DNA of 64,000 nt from Setoptus koraiensis (lineage: Eukaryota > Animalia > Arthropoda). Below the pieces are notes generated by a model. The model had not been told where the DNA came from, searched no databases, and worked only from the letters and a program-made list of their open reading frames with translations. The first letter of the stretch is position 1; each line of letters begins with the position of its first letter. The stretch is from NCBI GenBank assembly GCA_048013815.1, contig CM106585.1, positions 19,220,001 through 19,284,000 of the forward strand, written 5' to 3'. Both the position numbers and the translations under genes were made by a program. Positions 59,343 through 64,000 of the stretch are shown here, piece by piece.

Positions 59343-60343
59343 AGCAATGTTGTCCATGTGCACAGGACAGAATTGTCCTTCTTATGAGGACAGTGAAGTC
59401 CTTCCGGGTGTTGTAGCGATTAGGTCCCCACTCAGAATTCGATGAAACTTCACACGTGGGCCCCGTAGGGGCCCTATATTACGAGTTGAGTAGTCCGGAA
59501 GTGCGGAAACTTCCGGTTCCGGAAATACAAAAATATCAAGATAGAGCTCTGAAAATTCAGAATCTAGTAGATGACACCTAGCGGAGAATGATGAAATCAA
59601 AATCGATCCCCCATCAATTCCGGTTCAGGAGATATCAAGGTTTATTTGATTAAGAGGTGTGGCCGGGTCTGTGCGGATGCGGTCAGCCGACCCATCCTGT
59701 GCATAGAGTGAGCAACACCATGTATTGGGTCATATATCAGTCATCACATTGATATAATAAAAATCAAATAATTATCCATATCCTCTTGTCCCATTTGTTT
59801 TCATTTTTTGTCGGTTTTTTTCGTCTTTCTCCCTACATCTGTGCATGGATTGCAGTCATGTGAGCGGAGGGTAGAGGGCGCAGCCCGATACCCGAAGCGC
59901 TCATCAACTCTACCCGAAGGGTTCCCGTCGCACGCAGTCGTCGCGGGAGCGACGACGGAGATGTGACGGCCTCCAGAATACGAGGCCGCAGGCCGAGTTC
60001 TCAGACACACCGCATGTGCATCCCCGAGCGCAGCGAAGCAATAATTTGGTCACTTCCGGTCTTCTAACCCTAGTAATATCTCTATATCTCGAAAACCGGA
60101 AGTCGCACAGAGCTGAAAATTATGTCATCGTGTTCAGCGTAGCTTGAAACGTCTCTATGGTGAATCTTGGAGCTCTAGCTTCAACTTTTTGTAAAACCGG
60201 AACCGGAAGTTTCCGCACTTCCGGACCACTTTTTCCATTCTATTGGGGTCAAGGGGGACCCGCACCGGAAGTTTCATCAAGATCTGAGTGGGGACCTAAT
60301 CGCTACAACAACCGTCCTTCCTTTCATCGCGGACAACATTGCT
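59343..60343. mobile_element. Foldback/MITE-like element with long imperfect inverted arms
   Basis: Perfect inverted matches at 59409-59436/60283-60310 (28 bp), 59493-59522/60197-60226 (30 bp) and 59343-59355/60331-60343 (13 bp). No transposase ORF. Confidence 0.7.
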
Positions 60344-60588
60344 TAATTTGATTCGGCTCAAGTCATGGAAGAGGTCTGGGACAGAGATGTCCTCCAGAAG
60401 AAATGGATGACATTGTTGTACTAATTGGGGATGGCCTTGATCTTAATTCTTCTAGGAATTAACGGTTTTAATTAACTCGTTAACAAAGACTGAATATTTG
60501 TATCGAACTGAATTGGTGGTGATATACTCTGTTGAATAAAACTGAGAGCCTTTTTTACCGCATGAATGATCCTTCCTGTCGTAGCATT

Positions 60589-60794
60589 TATTGGGGTTTT
60601 TGTATTTATTTATATATAAGAGTACAATATAAGTGTATCGATAAAAAAGCGCGTGAGCGACTCTGCTCAACCTCGACGTAACACAGTTATCAACTTCCGG
60701 TTGCTCGCATAACGTGCAACGGGTTAGCGCGCGATAATTCAAAATGATGCGTTGGTGCTCTCTGGCAGCGTCTACATGTTTGCTATTCTCAACA
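60589..60794 (-). repeat. Copia 3' LTR (206 bp, termini TG...TA)
   Basis: Appears identical to 63024-63229. It is preceded on - by the PPT GAGAGGGAG (60803-60795) and contains a DRE-like TATCGATA (60646-60653). Confidence 0.95.
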
Positions 60795-60801
60795 CTCCCT
60801 C

Positions 60802-62877
60802 TCAAACATTAGTCGTCATGCCTAATGACTCTCTATTCGTCTCAAATGGTCTTCTGGTGAGTGGCTTGGTTAGTGTATCCGCAAGCTGCTCTTCTGTCTG
60901 TATATAAACAGGTTCAACAATTTTGTTCTCCTTCTGTTCACGTATGAAGTGATATTTTACCTCAATATGCTTCGTCTTACCATTAAATTGTGCATTGCTC
61001 ACAAGTTTCAATGCGCTTTGATTATCGACGAACAATTTGGTTGCATCTTCAATTATGTGATGTTGTCCAAGATCATACAACAATCTTCTCAACCAGATTA
61101 TCTCCTTAGTTGCCATACATGCAGCCACATATTCAGCTTCACATGTCGATAGAGTGACCGATGGTTGCTTTTGACTCTTCCAAGTTATCGAAGATCCACC
61201 ATAGATGAAAACATATCCAGTTGTTGACCGTCTGGTGTCTTCATCACCGCCATCACTCTTTAGATACTGTATGGCGTTACCTGTCTCATTGAAGGACTTG
61301 ATTTTGAACTCTCTGAACTTGTCCAGTGCTTCGTTTTTGTTTCTCATGGAGTATGTCATTCTATAACCTGAGTATTCATCTTTGAAAAGTATGTAATACA
61401 AGCTGCCTGATGGACTTTGAACTGACATCTTACCACAAAGATCAGTGTGTATATATACACCTGGTTTATCAACTCTTATCTTATTGTCCGCACTAAATGA
61501 TTGCTTGTGATGTTTACCTTCGGCACATCCTCTACAAAATGTTTCGGTTTCATCTGTTAAATCCAAACCTGTTACACAATTATTCTTTGCCATTTCTTTG
61601 ATTACTGCTTTGTTTGTATGGGCCAATCGTTTATGCCATATCTCTAATGATGCAGGGTTGATTTTTGCTAAGTTTGCTCTTGATATGATCGGTGTTTCAA
61701 AAGCCATTCTCCACAGTTCGCCAGGACCTTTGCGACGTCCAACTGCTTTGACTTCACCGTTGAATGTCAGTGTACATTCATTTGCTAGTAAGGTAACAAC
61801 AATTCCTTTGTCAGTGCAGGTGCCAAGTGATAAAAGGTTATCTTCTAAGTCAGGTACATGAAGAACTCCTCTGATTGGTGTTCTGATGCGTTTGCCTTTC
61901 ACTATGGATTCTACTATTATGTCACCACGTCCTTTAGCGTATACTACGCGTGAGTCACCAAGTATGACTGAATGTTTATAATCAAATGGTTCGTATGTCG
62001 AGAACCAATCTCTCCGATGTGACATTTGTTGACTACATCCACTGTCGCCCCACCATGTATCTTTAGTAGATACATCGTCAGCTCGATAGCACACAGCTTT
62101 AAAGGCGAATTCTTTAGGTTTCGAATGATCTGTTGGCTTGCCATTCTTTTCGTCATTTAATCTACATCTGCATTCTTTCCAGAAGTGCCCAGGCTTGTTA
62201 CAATAATTACAAGAGCCTTTCTTCTTTGGTTTGTGTCTTCTATCCATATTCTTAGTTGTTGAAACAAAAGCTGCTGAGTCATGCTTCTTGTTTGATTTCG
62301 CCCATTGGTCGATGATATATTCTTCGTTAACGAGATATGATAGAAGATTATTGAATGTCTGGTCATCTTTACCTTTAGCATTCCATGCTGAAACCACGTG
62401 CTTGTATTTCTCTGTCATGGTGCAGATTGTCTTTGCAATCAATGCTTTATCTGATATTGGCTCTCCAATATCTTTCAACGACTTTGCTAGTGACTGTACT
62501 TTGTTGATGTGAGTCTGTATGTTGTCACCATCAATCATCCTGTAGTCATAAAATTTCTGAAATAGTAAGAATACATTCGCCTCAGACTTATGTTCGTGCA
62601 TCTGTTCAAGTTTTGCCCATGTCTCCTTGGCTGTATCACAATCTCTTATTTCCTCTATTATGTTCGGCTCTAATGCTGTAGCGATTAGCATTTGTGCATA
62701 ATTATCTCTATCGTTCCAGTTGTCGAATGTTGAACTGTCAGGTTCAGGTTTTGGAGTTGTTCCATCTACATACTGCCAAACTCTCTTGGATTTCAGTATC
62801 TTAACAATTAAGAATTTCCATGTGCTGAAATCTTCACCATTGAACTTCTTTATGAGAACTAATTTCTCGTCAGCCAT
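60802..62877 (-). CDS. Copia Gag-protease-partial integrase fused in frame to RNase H; reverse transcriptase absent
   Basis: Gag (KFNGEDFSTWKF), CCHC knuckle CNYCNKPGHFWKEC, protease WWGDSGCSQQM, WHKRLAH, integrase HTDLCG...KSDGG, then directly DEDTRRSTTGYVF...EAEY (RNase H). Confidence 0.95.
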   Translation of the reverse strand: MADEKLVLIKKFNGEDFSTWKFLIVKILKSKRVWQYVDGTTPKPEPDSSTFDNWNDRDNYAQMLIATALEPNIIEEIRDCDTAKETWAKLEQMHEHKSEANVFLLFQKFYDYRMIDGDNIQTHINKVQSLAKSLKDIGEPISDKALIAKTICTMTEKYKHVVSAWNAKGKDDQTFNNLLSYLVNEEYIIDQWAKSNKKHDSAAFVSTTKNMDRRHKPKKKGSCNYCNKPGHFWKECRCRLNDEKNGKPTDHSKPKEFAFKAVCYRADDVSTKDTWWGDSGCSQQMSHRRDWFSTYEPFDYKHSVILGDSRVVYAKGRGDIIVESIVKGKRIRTPIRGVLHVPDLEDNLLSLGTCTDKGIVVTLLANECTLTFNGEVKAVGRRKGPGELWRMAFETPIISRANLAKINPASLEIWHKRLAHTNKAVIKEMAKNNCVTGLDLTDETETFCRGCAEGKHHKQSFSADNKIRVDKPGVYIHTDLCGKMSVQSPSGSLYYILFKDEYSGYRMTYSMRNKNEALDKFREFKIKSFNETGNAIQYLKSDGGDEDTRRSTTGYVFIYGGSSITWKSQKQPSVTLSTCEAEYVAACMATKEIIWLRRLLYDLGQHHIIEDATKLFVDNQSALKLVSNAQFNGKTKHIEVKYHFIREQKENKIVEPVYIQTEEQLADTLTKPLTRRPFETNRESLGMTTNV

Positions 62878-63011
62878 TGCTCTTTGTTCGAATGATTCAA
62901 CTGGATGCTATCACTCTTATATTTTGTTTGTTTAATTCTTGCGGTTAGTCAAGAAGTAACTTGATACTTAATTATCATTCGCGGTTAGTCGAAATTAATT
63001 AGTTAGCATGA

Positions 63012-63023
63012 GGACCCATAACC
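63012..63023 (-). other. Copia primer-binding site GGTTATGGGTCC
   Basis: Lies immediately 3' of the 5' LTR and resembles the copia half-tRNAi-Met PBS GGTTATGGGCCC. Confidence 0.85.
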
Positions 63024-63229
63024 TATTGGGGTTTTTGTATTTATTTATATATAAGAGTACAATATAAGTGTATCGATAAAAAAGCGCGTGAGCGACTCTG
63101 CTCAACCTCGACGTAACACAGTTATCAACTTCCGGTTGCTCGCATAACGTGCAACGGGTTAGCGCGCGATAATTCAAAATGATGCGTTGGTGCTCTCTGG
63201 CAGCGTCTACATGTTTGCTATTCTCAACA
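63024..63229 (-). repeat. Copia 5' LTR (206 bp)
   Basis: Appears identical to 60589-60794. Confidence 0.95.
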
Positions 63230-63328
63230 GCATTTGCCTTCTTGTTCTTCCTGGTTCTGTTGAAGGGGGGGGGCAAGACAATAATTGCTCGATGTTCTTG
63301 ACTGAGGCGATTTCCCGTTTGGGCATTG

Positions 63329-63583
63329 TCAAAAATTCAATGAATAGGTCGCTGCTTCTCTCTCCTCTCTTGCAACTCTTTCCCAATATTGAACAATCTT
63401 CTCTTGGCACCATCTGAGATTGTAGCTGGGCTCCCAGGTGTCTTCATGCCGTCCTACAGGGGCCCAGCACACTAAATAATAAAACTGGTGGTGTCTGTAC
63501 CTTATTTCATGACTCAGTATTTCATGCACAGGGAATCTCCTTGTGGTGACCGCCACCCTTCTGGCAGCACTGGGGCGCACCAT
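63329..63583 (-). CDS. Small stand-alone chromodomain protein, 84 aa
   Basis: FPVHEILSH...YYLVCW...DTWEPSYNL...KIVQYW is the chromodomain signature. Confidence 0.7.
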   Translation of the reverse strand: MVRPSAARRVAVTTRRFPVHEILSHEIRYRHHQFYYLVCWAPVGRHEDTWEPSYNLRWCQEKIVQYWERVAREEREAATYSLNF

Positions 63584-63677
63584 TTTTTTTTATCTTAAAT
63601 TATTTTATTTTTTGTATGTATTCGTTGCACTGATAGCATTTGTTGATAGCGATTTAACTAACTAACTTTGCACAAGT

Positions 63678-63678
<1 letters not shown>

Positions 63679-63716
<38 letters not shown>
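63679..63716. repeat. (CT)n microsatellite
   Basis: Uninterrupted CT run. Confidence 0.97.
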
Positions 63717-63719
<3 letters not shown>

Positions 63720-64000
63720 TCTGCCCATCGCCCCTCTCTAGCACACACACAAAAAAAAACGATCATTAGATGACTAACAGACTACTAAAGTGATTATCGG
63801 TAATAGAACGCCAGATAATGACAGAGAATTGTCTTCACTCGGTGCACTATGTTATGTTTAGTGGTAAACAGAAGAGTGGTAAACAGAAACATTATCATAA
63901 AGTATATAACTGTTGCCACTTGTCTTCTGACGGCAGTATTTCGTTAGAATTCGATTCTTGGGCTGACAGGAGGGGTCGTGAGGTATGAGGGTGCGGTGCT

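Larger units (their letters stand above)
60589..63229 (-). mobile_element. Ty1/Copia LTR retrotransposon, internally deleted, 2641 bp
   Basis: 206-bp LTRs, a GCATT target-site duplication (60584-60588 and 63230-63234), a copia-type PBS, a PPT and a gag-pol ORF. Confidence 0.97.

Overview
Eukaryotic, arthropod-like genomic DNA from a compact, intron-poor genome; an acariform mite is a plausible but unproven source. There is one 500-N scaffold gap (12681-13180). In order along the window: (1) four paralogous secreted CUB-type genes, two of which form near-identical inverted arms; (2) three tandem, intronless, truncated and rebuilt Tpr/Megator-like nucleoporin genes on a ~3.9-kb unit; (3) a Shisa-like membrane protein; (4) G6PD; (5) two intronless TRIC/TMEM38 channel duplicates around an orphan gene; (6) TMEM245; (7) an AT-hook plus MYND-finger gene; (8) SSADH; (9) an SLC17-type MFS transporter; (10) a duplicated 3' end of forked/espin that encloses a small secreted Cys-bridged peptide gene and an orphan Ig exon; (11) the long forked/espin gene with a minisatellite-rich upstream region; (12) a foldback-like element, a young internally deleted Copia LTR element (identical LTRs, 5-bp TSD) and a stand-alone chromodomain ORF. 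The best candidates for undescribed biology are the amplified truncated Tpr array, the secreted peptide precursor, the phase-compatible duplicated last exon of forked, and the in-frame-deleted Copia. All family calls come from motif recognition by eye; no database search was run.
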